This document shows, piece by piece, positions 43,684 to 56,019 of a DNA stretch of 64,000 nucleotides (positions are counted from its first letter, which is position 1; the number at the start of each line of letters is the position of its first letter). A program made the position numbers and the translations under genes. The DNA comes from Tetramitus jugosus (Eukaryota; Protista; Heterolobosea). The notes below the pieces were generated by a model. That model was not told the origin of the DNA. It made no database searches and was given only the letters and a program-made list of their open reading frames with translations. Location: the NCBI GenBank assembly GCA_937625935.1, contig OW569377.1:310001-374000 (forward strand), written 5' to 3'.

Positions 43684-45658
43684 ATGAAACCACCACCTGC
43701 CACTGAACAACCGGAACAACAACCAAATTCAGGAACAGATATTCGTCAAGAAGAAGGAGAAACCACCATGACGATGATCAACAGCAGTATCAGTATCAGT
43801 AAAGAAACGGAAGAAGAATTTGCAGCAGTTTCACTCAACGAAGAACTGGACAATAACAAACCATCACTATCCTCTTCCATATCACTCATATTGGAAGAAG
43901 AACAAGAACCCAATGCAAAAGCAGTCAAAGCAGACACTCCATTACCCTGGGGTCCTCTTCTCATTGTTCTCTTCATTTTCTTGGCTGATTCGTTCAATCA
44001 GACTACTCTAGGTCCATATATTAGTGATATGATTATTCATATGGGATTGGTTCCTGATGGTGATAAGAGAAAAGTGGGTCGTTACTCTGGTTTATTGGCT
44101 ACCTGTTATTATGTGGCTCAATTTTTCTCCGCTTACTTTTGGGGCATGGCGAGTGATCGTTATGGACGGAGGCCCATTCTACTGTGTGGCATTATCGGAG
44201 CTTCCATTAGTTCGCTCATGTTCGGACTATCTTCCTCATTTTGGTGGGCTCTAATGTCCCGCTCATTGTATGGAATACTCAACGGAAATTTGGGTGTTTA
44301 CAAAACTTATTTGGCGGAGATTTCGGACAAGTCCAATCAAGCTCGTGTTTTCACGTACATGGCCGTTACTTTCTCTGTCGGTTCCATTATTGGTCCATTG
44401 TTGAGCGGATTGACGAGTGATCCATTGAAGCAGTATGCTGTGCTGAGTCGCGTTTTGCCTCAGTTTTTGATTTCTCTGTTGACGAAATTTCCATTCTTGT
44501 TGCCCAATATTATCATGTCGCTCATGAGCATTGTCTCATTCTTTTTTGGACTGTACTACTTGAAGGAGACCAATCAGAGAGTATTGTCTCGGAGAGTACA
44601 GCAGCAGCAGCAACAACAAGAAAAGGAACAAGAGGAAGATGATTTAGAGCTTCAAGAAGAAGGAGAAACAACGAATAAGCAGATTGAGCAAGAAGAAGAA
44701 AACATTGATGAAGAACAAGAATCGTTGCCAAATTCAACGTTGAAAACTGTTGTGGTCGATCATGGCGAAGGCGATAATGGCGAAGAAGGAGAGGACGTTG
44801 ACGGAGCAGATGACAAAACTGACGATTTATCTCTTTTTAAGCAAAAGGAGAAAAAGAGCTTGTCAACGGTGATGACCAAACCAAAGTACGTTCGATGGTT
44901 CGGAACAGTGAAACAAAAATTGAAGTTTGAAAATGAAATTTTTCAATCATATGCGCCACTAGCCACTGTAGCACTGTATGCAGTGTATGGTTTCGTTGGT
45001 ACAGTGTTCAACGAGCTAATGCCACTGTGGTTAGTGCTCAAAGTCGAGGATGGTGGATTGGGATTTGTTCAGCGACAAATTGGAATCATGAATGCAGTTA
45101 GTTTTGTGTTCTTGTTGCTGTGGTCTCTCATCTTTGTGCCTCGAATCATCAAGAGATTTGGCTGTTTGATTACAATCCGGAGTGCCATTATTTTGGGAGC
45201 AGCACCTATTGCGTTGACACCTGCGGTGAACTTTGTCGCTTCCTATCGGATATTGACCTGGGCTTGCTTGATTTTTGTTTATGTGTGGAGACATTCGGCA
45301 TTCCAGGCAGTGTTCGCATCTTTGACCATTATGAGCAACAATTCAGTCTCTCCGTTGAATATGGGTCAATTGAATGGTATTTCTCAATCATCAGGTATGA
45401 ATCATAATTATTTTCGTTTGCTTCAAATGTTTGAATGTTTCATAAAACTCACCCACTTCCTTCATTGTAGTTGCTTTAACAAGAGCGATTGGACCTGTTG
45501 TTGGCACATCTCTGTTTTCTCTGTTATTGTCTGTGGGCGTGTTCCCTCTGAACGTGTACTTTATGTACTTTGTTCTGACGGGATTGTTCTTGTCACTGCT
45601 ACTGGTGACCATCAGATTGCCCAAGACAATCGACACACCAAAAGAGGAGTTGAAATAA
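43684..45658 (+). CDS. Major facilitator superfamily transporter (ZIFL/DHA1-like); intron 45395..45470, ~632 aa
   Basis: WGMASDRYGRRPILL (MFS motif A) and GILNGNLGVYKTYLAEISD. Splicing gives ...LNGISQSSVALTRAIGPVVG... and the stop at 45658. Confidence 0.9.
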
Positions 45659-45846
45659 AAACTCCCTCATCACTTGCCCTTTGCAGGAGTTTTGTAATTA
45701 GAGGATAGAACAATTTTTGTAATTAAAGACGGTAACAATAAACTCGTGAAAAATCGAAATACAACAAATTTGAAAAGAGCAAATTTTTTTTATCAATGGA
45801 TATGTATAATTATAATGAAACAAAGTAGTCAAATCAAAACAAGCGC

Positions 45847-46478
45847 TTATTCTTCAGCTTCCAACAATTGTTGGATTTGAGCACGTGTCTGACTGTCAAC
45901 TTCAGTATTCACTTCAGTAACAAACTTGACCATAAAGTCAACAACTTCTGGTCCCTTTTGTCTGAATCTGTGGTTCACTTCATTAATAGCCATTTGCTTT
46001 CTTCTCTCCAAGTCATCACTCTCATCAGATCCACTTCCAAGATGCTATCATTCATAATCATATCATGTGCGATAGTAGTAGTTGTTTGTCAAAAGATATC
46101 ACAAAAAAATTTGTGTTAGCTTACGAGTTCAATCATCGTAGACGACAAAATATCTGGAGGGAAAAAATAAAATTCCGACATCATACTTCTTCCTTATATT
46201 TCAAAAATTGCTTATCGCGTTGTTGTCTGTACTTTAGGATGTCCTTGTCGGCTTCATCACGGGCTTGCTTCAACTTGACAAGTCTCTCTGTTGGATGGCA
46301 ACAAGAAAAAAAAGGTGAGTAAAAAATTTCATGATTTTCACACGAAGCTGAGAAAAGCTTTCACAGGTCAAGTGCACAGATTGAATAATGTACCTTTTCT
46401 TGCCTCCTTGACAATTTCAGATGCACGTTGTTCAGCATCGAGCAACAGTTTGATACTTCCTTGAGCCTTCTTGGACAT
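45847..46478 (-). CDS. ATP6V1G: V-type H+-ATPase subunit G; introns 46288..46393 and 46045..46186, ~127 aa
   Basis: Manual splice gives MSKKAQGSIKLLLDAEQRASEIVKEARKERLVKLKQARDEADKDILKYRQQRDKQFLKYKEEHLGSGS...VVDFMVKFVTEV. Confidence 0.9.
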
Positions 46479-47055
46479 TTTTGTGTTGATTGTTGTTGTG
46501 AATGGGTTGTGGTGATTTTTTCTGTTTTTTTGTGTGTCGCAGAATTACAAAATATCATTTTTTTTGTAAACGAGGTTCTATTCGACGAAAACTGCGCGCC
46601 AAGAAGCTTTGGTAGCTGGATGGAAGAATCTTGCATGATCTGTTTCGTAGGGGGCATGACAATATGTTGTCAACATTGAGGCAGTCTTGGACGTAACGAA
46701 AGATAACTCTTGTTTGTTCTTGTTTCAAAGACAGAGGAGGCCTCCAGGTTCGATTTCCATCTCAGGTCTTGTTAATTGAAAGAACCATGCTATGCGTTGA
46801 ATGTCTAGATAGAACAACCGTTGCCAAGCTGTGAGTATCTGTCCGCCAACCTTGCGATGTCGCCACTTGTCATTTCACCGATTAGAACTGCCATCTACAG
46901 AAAAAGCGCGGGAGATCTCAAATGGAATACGAGTTACGGTGTCCCCATCTGAAAAAAACCTCTCATCACTTCTCTCTGCTAGCTGGTCCAGTGCTTTGAG
47001 AACTCACTCTCTGCTTACACTTACAAGGACGAGCAACAAACACCGATACACACAA

Positions 47056-49413
47056 ATGAGCCTCTGTGAAGAAGAAGAGCTGCCACAACAGCAACCTCAA
47101 GAACCTCTGGTCATGCTTCATCCTGAAACGGAACAAGAAGAGACTGATGTAGCTGTAGTAGAGACTGAAAATGGAGAGACACCCAAAAAGGTTTTTCAAT
47201 CAAGACTCAAGCCCTTGGAACATATCAGTCCAATCTCGTATGATCGGTATCAGACTCCCAAGAGACGCGTGAATGGAAACTCTAGTGATGTTTCAAGAGA
47301 CGAATGTCTCTCTCCCGTGTCTGATATGACTGACTCATTTGTCTATGATCAAACTCCGAGAAGCTATTATTTAGAGCTGAGTCCATCGAGTCGCAGAAGA
47401 AAGAGTCGACAAATGAGAGTGAACAGGACTAATGAGTTCACTGAGAGTATCATGGCTAGACCATTGTGGAAGGACGAGCTGACTCATGAGACAAGACAGT
47501 TACTCATGAGGAAGAGAGAACTAGAGAAGCAATATGACTCAAAGAAATATATCATAGATAGGAGAGGAAACATTAGAGATACCAAGAAACTCAGTGAGGA
47601 AAAGAAGGCACTACTTGACAAGTACACGGAGTTGAGTAAAATGATTGTGAGTCCCAGAGCAGAAAAGAAAAAGGAGGACAAGGATTCTTTCGCTTTCTTT
47701 CGGAGGATGAAGTATCATGATGACATTGTAAGGGACAGAAATGAAGCCATTGTTGCAAAGGAGAAAGAGAGATCTATTAGGCTTCAAGAAGAAACAAAGC
47801 TGAAAGAGCAAGAAGAAGAGCTAAAGAGGAGACAGGAGAAAGAGGAGGCGAAGCGAAAGAAAATGGCCGAAAAGAGAAGACGAGAATCTCAGAAGAAACA
47901 ATTACATGTTTTAACTCACATTGTAGGTGATCTTGACAAATCAACGAGCACTTCGAAGCGATTACACGAAGTCAAGATTGATTATCCAAAACCGAAGGTC
48001 CTGAAGGTGAATCCTCAGAAGGAGGCTGAACTTCATCGATTAGAGCAAAAGAGAATTATGCTCGAGAAGAGACAAAAATTATTGGCTCCATCTCAAAAGG
48101 CTCTCAAAGAGAAGTACAAGGCACCAAAGGTATTGTTTTTAAAAGAAACACCAAAGATTGAACCTCCCAGACCAAGAATGAAGTATGTCCCACCTCCTAA
48201 GAAGAGACAGGCCAAGAAGACTCAACCACAAAAAGCTGAATCCATGGCAGAGAAATCTGACCTTCTTGAAACTCCACAGAAAACAGAGGAGCAAGCACAA
48301 GAGACAAGTGAAGAGCGCGATGAGCAAAAGTTTTATCTGGAGGATGAACATAGAATGTATATCATGGAGGAAATCCTCACTACCGAGAGAAAATATGTTA
48401 CTTTATTGAAGGAAATATTTGAAGTTTATGCCGCACCAATTCAAAAGAATGGCTTACTGTCGAGTGATCTGTACAGACTTGTATTTAATGACTTAAATGT
48501 TATCATGTTACTGAATCAACAATTCCTTGATGAACTGGAGACTACTTATCAACAGTACTTGGTGGATGTTAAAAACGGAATTGCTAGCTCTTTGATTGGT
48601 CATCTATTCAAACGTAGATCACCTACATTTAAATTGTACACAAACTATATTAACAATTATGAACAATCGCTGCATGTGATTGAGGAGCAGACAGAAAGAA
48701 GCAAAGCTTTCAGACTATTCAGAAAGAGCGCGAGTAGAGGGTTGATCGAATCTGGTTCTCACAACACAGATTTGAGTTCCTACATGATCTTGCCTGTTCA
48801 ACGTATACCAAGATATCAACTTCTGCTCCGCGATTTGATCAAACACACTCCAAAGGAACATCCAGAATATAATGCTTTAATAGAAGCTCATGACTCTATT
48901 GTTGAGATTGCCTCCTATTGTAATAAGAAGAAGGCAGAGGCTTTGAATATCTTCAAGGTTGTTGAGCTGGCAGAGGAGCTAAAGATTAAGGGGCTAGTTC
49001 AACCTGGTAGGACAATTGTAAAGGTGGGTGAAGTTCGACGTGCAAAGTCAAAAAAGATGACTAAACTTTTCCTATTCAATGATCTATTGGTGATTGTGGA
49101 GAAGGGACTATTGAACAAAGTTATCCAAATTCCGTTGCCCATAAGCGAAGGTGAAGAGGACGAAAACGTCATGACAAATGAGACACCAGATAGCCCTTGT
49201 CCTGATACTGATAACAGCACGATTCTGTATTTGAGAGCTCCAGAATTGGGCTACCAGCGCAACTTTATTTGCGAAAACAAGTGTGATAGAGATGAGTGGG
49301 TACGGGCCATCGAGTCCGCTCAGTCTACTTTGTCAGACTACAATAGTGATTCCAAATCACCAAAGAGAAAAATTGCACCTAGGAAGGGTCTGATCCGGAT
49401 ATTTGGCAATTAG
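47056..49413 (+). CDS. Dbl-family RhoGEF (DH-PH) with an N-terminal coiled coil
   Basis: RMYIMEEILTTERKYV, FKLYTNYINNYE and LSSYMILPVQRIPRYQLLLRDLIKHTP, then a PH domain (LFLFNDLLV...RDEWVRAI). Confidence 0.93.
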   Translation: MSLCEEEELPQQQPQEPLVMLHPETEQEETDVAVVETENGETPKKVFQSRLKPLEHISPISYDRYQTPKRRVNGNSSDVSRDECLSPVSDMTDSFVYDQTPRSYYLELSPSSRRRKSRQMRVNRTNEFTESIMARPLWKDELTHETRQLLMRKRELEKQYDSKKYIIDRRGNIRDTKKLSEEKKALLDKYTELSKMIVSPRAEKKKEDKDSFAFFRRMKYHDDIVRDRNEAIVAKEKERSIRLQEETKLKEQEEELKRRQEKEEAKRKKMAEKRRRESQKKQLHVLTHIVGDLDKSTSTSKRLHEVKIDYPKPKVLKVNPQKEAELHRLEQKRIMLEKRQKLLAPSQKALKEKYKAPKVLFLKETPKIEPPRPRMKYVPPPKKRQAKKTQPQKAESMAEKSDLLETPQKTEEQAQETSEERDEQKFYLEDEHRMYIMEEILTTERKYVTLLKEIFEVYAAPIQKNGLLSSDLYRLVFNDLNVIMLLNQQFLDELETTYQQYLVDVKNGIASSLIGHLFKRRSPTFKLYTNYINNYEQSLHVIEEQTERSKAFRLFRKSASRGLIESGSHNTDLSSYMILPVQRIPRYQLLLRDLIKHTPKEHPEYNALIEAHDSIVEIASYCNKKKAEALNIFKVVELAEELKIKGLVQPGRTIVKVGEVRRAKSKKMTKLFLFNDLLVIVEKGLLNKVIQIPLPISEGEEDENVMTNETPDSPCPDTDNSTILYLRAPELGYQRNFICENKCDRDEWVRAIESAQSTLSDYNSDSKSPKRKIAPRKGLIRIFGN

Positions 49414-49449
49414 ATTGAAACTTGACACTTTTCAATTGATAAATTCAGT

Positions 49450-50277
49450 TCATTTCTTTGTTCTTCTACTTTTGTTTGCGGCACTTCTCTTCCTGCATTC
49501 TGCGTCATGTTTTATGCAATTGTCCAAAAAGTTAACCACATCTTGGACTCCTCTGTGAACATCTATTTGAAAGTGGCTCCGTTCTTCTTCCTCTTCATCT
49601 AATTGTTTTTTACTTTGAGCACCAAAACGAGTTGCAGATCTCTTCCTCTTCCAATATTCATGTTCCCTCGTCGTTGAAAACACTGTATCGATCATCATTA
49701 TCTTGCGATTATCTGGGAGGTGAAACCCATGGGATTTGTAGAGGGATTGAAATGATTCTGCAGATGAAAGAACTCCACCCAACCTTTGGCAAATGTCCAT
49801 CTTGTTCAAACATATACACGTGGGAGTTCCTTGTAAATCCTGGTGATTCAAGAGTTCATTCAACTCTTTGAAACAATCTTTGTAGTAACTTTCTTGTTGT
49901 GAGCAATCAACAACATACACAATTGCATCTGTATCTGGATAGTATCTACTCCAATACACTCTAAGGTTAGGAGCACCACCCACATCTTCAAACTCATAAT
50001 CTACACCTTGATTCTTAAATTTACAATGATTCTTGCCAATAGTTGGCGCAACAGTAACAGGATCCTTCTTTTCATAGAGTCTCTTCAGGTCATTCAACAA
50101 ACAAGTCTTTCTGCTCTCCCAAGTTTAACATGTGGAGTAAGCAAACTTCAATTAATCAGAATCAACAGAGCTTCCAAAGAAAACATACCCAGAGTTCTCC
50201 AATCCCAGAATCAGCACATTTAAACTCTTTCCAGACAGAACAAGTCTCCTAAACAAGTACTGTGCCAGAGTGAACAT
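49450..50277 (-). CDS. ARF-like small GTPase; intron 50111..50188, ~249 aa
   Basis: Spliced G1 VLILGLENSGKT, G2 PTIG, G3 DVGGA, G4 NKMD. Confidence 0.88.
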
Positions 50278-50470
50278 GCTCGCACTCAATTCCGTAGTTT
50301 TTCTCGAATGTCCGATCACTTATTTACCGCCATTTCTTATTGAAGATTCACCAAAAACTTTGACGGTTTCACACAAGGATAATTTTCACAAACATTTTTT
50401 CATTCGTTTCGACTTGTGAAAACAAGCACACAAATTTTTTACATCAATCGCGAGAAAACAAACACGAAAA

Positions 50471-52418
50471 ATGAGCAGCGTCGTTAAAATTACAAAGGGT
50501 TTGGCAGCCATTGGAACCGAAGAAAGAGAAAGAGCTTTGGTTGATGTTCAACTTTGGGTTGAAAATACGAAATTTGAGAAGATGGATGCAAAGAAGATTG
50601 AAAGTGACTTTTTGCGAATTTGGCAGGGTATCTTTTATTGTACGTATTATCATCCTCTCTCGAGATCATTTTTGTTTGATAAAAAGGAACGAAAAAAAAC
50701 TAACCCGCGAAAATTTTGGCGCCAAATTTTTTTTTCTCTATTGTAAAATGTTAGCTTTTTGGTTAACAGATGGATTGGAGAAGCAATACTCTGTCTCTGT
50801 CATCATTTCTGAAATGATAAACTTGTTCAATGATCAACAACATGAAGCAGCTCTCCTCTTTTTGAGCACATTCTTTCAAACATTGAACAGCACTTGGCCA
50901 AAGCTAGACAAGCATCGTGTAGCCAAATACATGTCACTCGTTCGTCGCATCATTCAACAATCATTTGTCTTTTTGAACAAGCATCAGTTCCAAGAGCCAC
51001 TAGTGAAGGCCTACTTGCAAGTCATTCAATCCAATGTTCTCAATGTGAACAATCGATTGATTGGATCATTGCAAGCTCATTTCATTCGATGCCTCTATCC
51101 ATCACTTAAACAGTTTGGTTACGAGTTTATGAACGAAGATGCGTTTGAGAGCATTATTGATTTGTGTCTTGAATTTTATGCGGAAACTTTTGATTTTGCC
51201 GCCATGCGCGTCCTCGAAGAAGAATTGTTTGAGCCAATGATTCACGAAGGTGACGCACAATATGAAACGGAGAAGCAACTGGCGAGAATGCACGAACAAG
51301 ATGACTATGACTCGTCAGTCACAGCATCATCAGAAGGCGATGAGGAAAATTTGGAAGATTTGATCATTTTCCCAATTGATTACAAGTGGTTGAGTGATCG
51401 AATGGAAAAGTTGAGTGTTGGTCAGTCGACTGAAAACAGAGAAGAGTGTCTATCATGGAAAAACAAATTCTATGATCGATATGTTCAGTCGTTGAATGAT
51501 CCAATGACCATTTTGGATGATTTGGAGATGGAATTGGAGCAAGTGAAGCAACAACAACAACAAAAGAATGTTGACTCTACAAAACAAACAAAGAAACAGA
51601 GTAAGAAGCAGAAGAAGGCTGCTGCTGCAGCTGCTCAGCAACAACAAGAAGCTGAAGCTGTCAAGCAGGTGGAGAGTGCACCAGTGACTCCAACTCCTTC
51701 ATCAAAGAAGACCAAGAAGGAAGTGACACCAGCAGTTTCCAACAAGGAAAAGAGTCCTGTTGCTGCTGCAAAGAGTCCTGCCGCTGCCAAGAGCCCTGCT
51801 GTAGCAAAGGAAAGTCCTGCTGCGAAGAGCCCTGCTGCTAAGAGTCCTGCTGCAAAGAGTCCTGCTGCCACCAGCAAGAGTCCAAAGAACAAATCACCAG
51901 CAAAGAGCACTCCTGTTGTGCAACAGTCAGAGCCAATGGAGATTGAGAAGGTGTCTACTCCTTCAAAGTTCAACTCTGTGACTGGCCACTCCCCAGCGAC
52001 TCCAGAGCCAGTCACTCCACTCCTGTCCAGAAAGGATGCCAAGAGATCTGGACGGCGGACAAAGAATACTGTTGAAAAGCATAGACAACAGTTGGACATT
52101 CCAAACACTCCTTCACGCGATGTGTCAATGGATGATGGTGAAGACACACCAAACAAGCGTGTTCTTTTCTCCTTGGAGAAGAATAGAACAAAGATGTATC
52201 AATTGCAAGATATTGTTGCCTCATCGCCAGTTTCTGTCAAGAGTCCATCCAAGTCTCTGTTGAAGAGAAAGCTATTCGAGGGCGAAACTGTGCCACCAAT
52301 GGTTGATCACTATGAAGTTGGAACCGATGTCACTCCATTCAAGAAGAGACAGAGAATGAGCAACAACATCAAGGACTTGGTGAAACAAAAGAGAAAGAGC
52401 ATGTCTCCTTCAAATTAA
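50471..52418 (+). CDS. RRP1: RRP1/Nop52 ribosomal RNA processing protein; intron 50640..50754, ~610 aa
   Basis: LAAIGTEERERAL...FLRIWQGIFY|SFWLTD..., FFQTLNSTWPKLDKHRVAKYMSLVRR, and C-terminal KRVLFSLEKN. Confidence 0.88.
51750..51915 (+). repeat. Coding tandem repeat (KSPAA)n in the RRP1 tail
   Basis: aagagtcctgctgc-like units encode KSPVAAAKSPAAAKSPAVAKESPAAKSPAAKSPAAKSPAA. Confidence 0.85.
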
Positions 52419-52929
52419 ATTTTGAATTCTGACAACATCCAATTTAGTTAGTGTTTTGGCCACAATCTCTTTCAACAATAATTTACTATCATTCACCGAA
52501 TTTCGGTGAAAGAATCGAAGACTGATCATGTCACAGTTAGATGAACAAGAGGCAAGAGAAGAAGAAAATTTGTGAAGGGAACAACCAACATTTATGCCAA
52601 GAGTCATAGAAAAAGATACTTACCGAGAAATGCAGTCTCCTGTCGTCGGGTGGAAGTTACTTAATTGTATTGGGGTTGGAGGTAATGACAGATGAATTTG
52701 GGACAATTCTCGGGTCCGAATTCGCTCACCCAGCTTACTAGACTTTGAGTTTGTTGAACTGTGCATTTGTTGGTTGAACTGAAATTTCCGAAGGTTCCTT
52801 ATCTTTTACGTCACGTTGTAAACGTCATGTCAATCTCCTATCTTAAATTGTCACCTTCCAAGCAAAAAAACAATTCATTATAAAGTTAAAAAAACAACCA
52901 CATCACCAAACAACAAACAACCGTACACT

Positions 52930-53982
52930 ATGCAACAAAACAATACTGTTCGCCAACCAAAAGTCATTTGCATGTTTAACAACAAGGGTGGGGTTGGAAA
53001 GACAACATCACTTGTCCATTTGGCCACAACACTTGCCAAAAATCACAACGTTCTGATGATTGATGCTGATCCACAATGCAACCTTACTGGATACTGCATG
53101 GGTGCTCCAGGAATGAGAGATTATCAGATGAATGGTGGTCAAGATATTGTGACATGTCTCTCTCCACAATTTATCAGACAACAAGCTGTTGTTCCAATTA
53201 ACCCTGTCTTGTATTACAACATGAGAGAGACTTGTGCATACCTATTACCAGGAAATATTGGATTGGCCAATTATGAAACTGAGTTCGGAATGTCATTGAT
53301 TGGAAATTTGGGTGCCTACTGCCACTATCCTGCTGCATTGAGAACAGTAATTCAACTCATGAATCAACAGAAACAATATGAATATGTCTTTATTGATCTG
53401 AGTCCAAGTTTGGGTCCTTTGAACGAAGCAATCTTGATGTATTGTGCCGATTACTTTGTTGTTCCTTGTGAAGCAGATTTCTTCAGTCGTATGGCTATTG
53501 ATGGGCTCGTACAACAACTTCCAAGGTGGAGAGCCAGAAAGAACTTTTTGACTCAGCAGAATTACTTTGCAAATGCTAATAACATGCCACTTGTGGGATG
53601 TCCAAGAATGCTTGGTTTGTTTTTCAACAAGATTACTCCATCAAGGGGCAGAAGCCAGAATCACAGAAATCAACCTAGCAAAGCATGTTGTGAGGAAATG
53701 AAGCTGTTCGCACCGCACCTTCAAGCCATGGTGAATAAGTTGGCAGCAGAAAGCATGTTGGGCACCAATTTGACTCCGACCAACATTGTTTTGGGCTTCA
53801 TCCGTGATTTCGGACAGTTGAATAAGCTGAGCCAACAAGATACTGTTCCAGTTAACATGTTGAGCAATGAAGAATTGAAGGCATTTGCAACAGGATCTGC
53901 TCACAACAAAGCTGTTGAGAAGGCTGATGATATTGATGATAAGATTGAGCAAATCCTTGCCAATATGATTACTCACTTGTAA
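52930..53982 (+). CDS. ParA/Soj-family (deviant Walker A, SIMIBI) ATPase, bacterial type, intronless
   Basis: FNNKGGVGKTT, VLMIDADPQCNLT, LLPGNIGL, YEYVFIDLSPSLGPLN, ADYFVVP...DFFS. Confidence 0.88.
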   Translation: MQQNNTVRQPKVICMFNNKGGVGKTTSLVHLATTLAKNHNVLMIDADPQCNLTGYCMGAPGMRDYQMNGGQDIVTCLSPQFIRQQAVVPINPVLYYNMRETCAYLLPGNIGLANYETEFGMSLIGNLGAYCHYPAALRTVIQLMNQQKQYEYVFIDLSPSLGPLNEAILMYCADYFVVPCEADFFSRMAIDGLVQQLPRWRARKNFLTQQNYFANANNMPLVGCPRMLGLFFNKITPSRGRSQNHRNQPSKACCEEMKLFAPHLQAMVNKLAAESMLGTNLTPTNIVLGFIRDFGQLNKLSQQDTVPVNMLSNEELKAFATGSAHNKAVEKADDIDDKIEQILANMITHL

Positions 53983-54399
53983 TCTGATTTGTCCGTTGTC
54001 ATTCCAGCATAGTGAAGTTGACATTGCATTTCATATCCCACATAAATTCATTCACGGGGTCTCTTTCAGTTATTCGTTACGCTCATTTATAAAAAGGAAC
54101 ATCTGTAAGTCTCTACTGTTCCACCAATGAACTTTCCAGTAGCAGAAAAGTTGATAGCCCAAGTTCCACTGCAAACTCTGCAAACAAAAACATACACTGT
54201 TACTCTGTTAATTGTTGAATCTATCTTGCCTCAGTTACCAAAACCATTTCTTCGTTATTCTGAAATATGCTCATTCACTATTCATCATCTTTCCTTTTAG
54301 CCCAGTTCATTCATGGTATAGTTCACTCAGAAATTCATTTTACAAATAGATTACGTTATTCTCTATCCATATCAAGAAGGAACAAGTCCATCAGCGAAA

Positions 54400-55099
54400 C
54401 TGCAGAATTGTTGTAATTCTACATATCTGAAAGTTTAACCAATCACAATTCCATCCAGATTCATTTGGTCGAATAAGTGAATGATAACAACAAACAATCT
54501 GTTGAACAATACAGCCTGATGGTAATAAAATTCGACCTCAATTCCCTTTGTACATCTGAATTTCTTGAACAGCAAGTGCAGCTGGAGAGAAAGCGGCTAT
54601 CTGATTTTGACCAAGTCCATGAACCTGAGAAATCAAAGTTACTGACACAATCTGAAGTGAATCCACTGGTGCCATTGGCAGTCAAGAATGAAAAGCATCA
54701 TTCTCTAAATAGATGCACGAATACTTACATAATTGGGCCAACTGAGCATCATAAAATCCAGAACAAGTTTCTCTCGTGATGCTTTTCAAAGCAGTTGAGA
54801 GTTCCCTCATTGACTCTGGTGTCAATTGTGCAAATTGTTGACTGGAGATGCCATGAACCTGATCTTGATCCCAATTATTTAGACAGCCACTATTGAATCC
54901 AGCACAACACACCACTGGTGGTCATTTTAGTAAAACATGCAGCCTTCAAACCATAACATACATACTTATAGATATTGGAGATTTGAGCCGTTTGGAAACT
55001 ACTACTTGAACTTAAAATGGATACCAATTGAGCGAAGGATATCTTGAAGAATTGACCTGGAGAACTTCTGAAAGTTGTTGGGCAGTGAGAGTGGACCAT
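54400..55099 (-). pseudogene. Frameshifted remnant of a Cys/Gly-repeat (probably surface) protein gene
   Basis: Three consecutive minus-strand ORF fragments in different frames continue one repeat pattern: FQTAQISNI..YVCYGLKAACF / CAGFNSGCL / CSGFYDAQLAQL...C / TSGFTSDCVSNF. Confidence 0.5.
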
Positions 55100-55245
55100 G
55101 AAATGTCACTCGCATGTACGGATCCAACAGAAGAACAGAAATGAAGTCATTCGTCTCGTGGAAAAAAAAAGAAAAAAAAGCAACCAAGTCATTGTGCACC
55201 TCATTTGTTGATCAACCAGACTATTGTGTTTCCCTATTGTAGATA

Positions 55246-55767
55246 ATGGACATTAAAACCAAGGAAACATTACAAAAAATTCCCCTGCTCAAACAGAATA
55301 GTGGACCCCGCAGTGACAAGGAAAGTTGGGAAAGACGATTGAAAGAAGAATATGCTTCCCTCATTCAATATGTAAAGATAAACAAGGAAACAGACAGTTC
55401 TTGGTTCAGTATACAGAGTAACTCTAACGGTACCAAGTGGACTGGCACATGTTGGTACATTTACAACATGTTAAAGTATGAATTTAAGGTTGAGATTGAT
55501 GTCCCGGTGACGTATCCTCAGACACCACCTGACATTGTGTTGATTGAACTGGATGGCAAGACTGCAAAGATGTACAAGGGTGGAAAGATTTGCCAGACGG
55601 TGCATTTCCATCCACTCTGGAGCAAGAATGCACCTCATTTTGGCATTGCTCACGCACTGGCCTTGGGACTCGGGCCGTGGTTAGCAGCCGAAGTACCCGT
55701 CTTGGTCGATCGAGGATCCATTACTCACGAAGAATTTAGCAGTAGCAACAAGACAACTGTAAAGTAA
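55246..55767 (+). CDS. UFC1: Ufm1-conjugating enzyme 1
   Basis: [75 protein letters not shown]. Confidence 0.97.
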   Translation: MDIKTKETLQKIPLLKQNSGPRSDKESWERRLKEEYASLIQYVKINKETDSSWFSIQSNSNGTKWTGTCWYIYNMLKYEFKVEIDVPVTYPQTPPDIVLIELDGKTAKMYKGGKICQTVHFHPLWSKNAPHFGIAHALALGLGPWLAAEVPVLVDRGSITHEEFSSSNKTTVK

Positions 55768-56019
55768 TCCAAAGCTCGCAGCAATACATTTCATCCACTC
55801 CCCAGGACCTATGATGCATTTTGTAAACCGAGTTCCAAGCTAGAGGTCCAAAATAAAATCCGACAACCCTAGAAATTTGCCGTGCGCTCCAAAAAACCAT
55901 AGAAGTTTTCCTGTGCCGCAAACAGACAACAAGCGACGAAAAAATCAACAACAATAACAATAACAAAATAGCTTTTTGCTGAATTCCTCAAACAACAATC
56001 AACAAAACGCATCATTATC

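Noticed and set aside
46740-46765. caggttcgatttcc resembles a tRNA T-loop/B-box
   Set aside because: I could not build a cloverleaf, acceptor stem or A-box around it.
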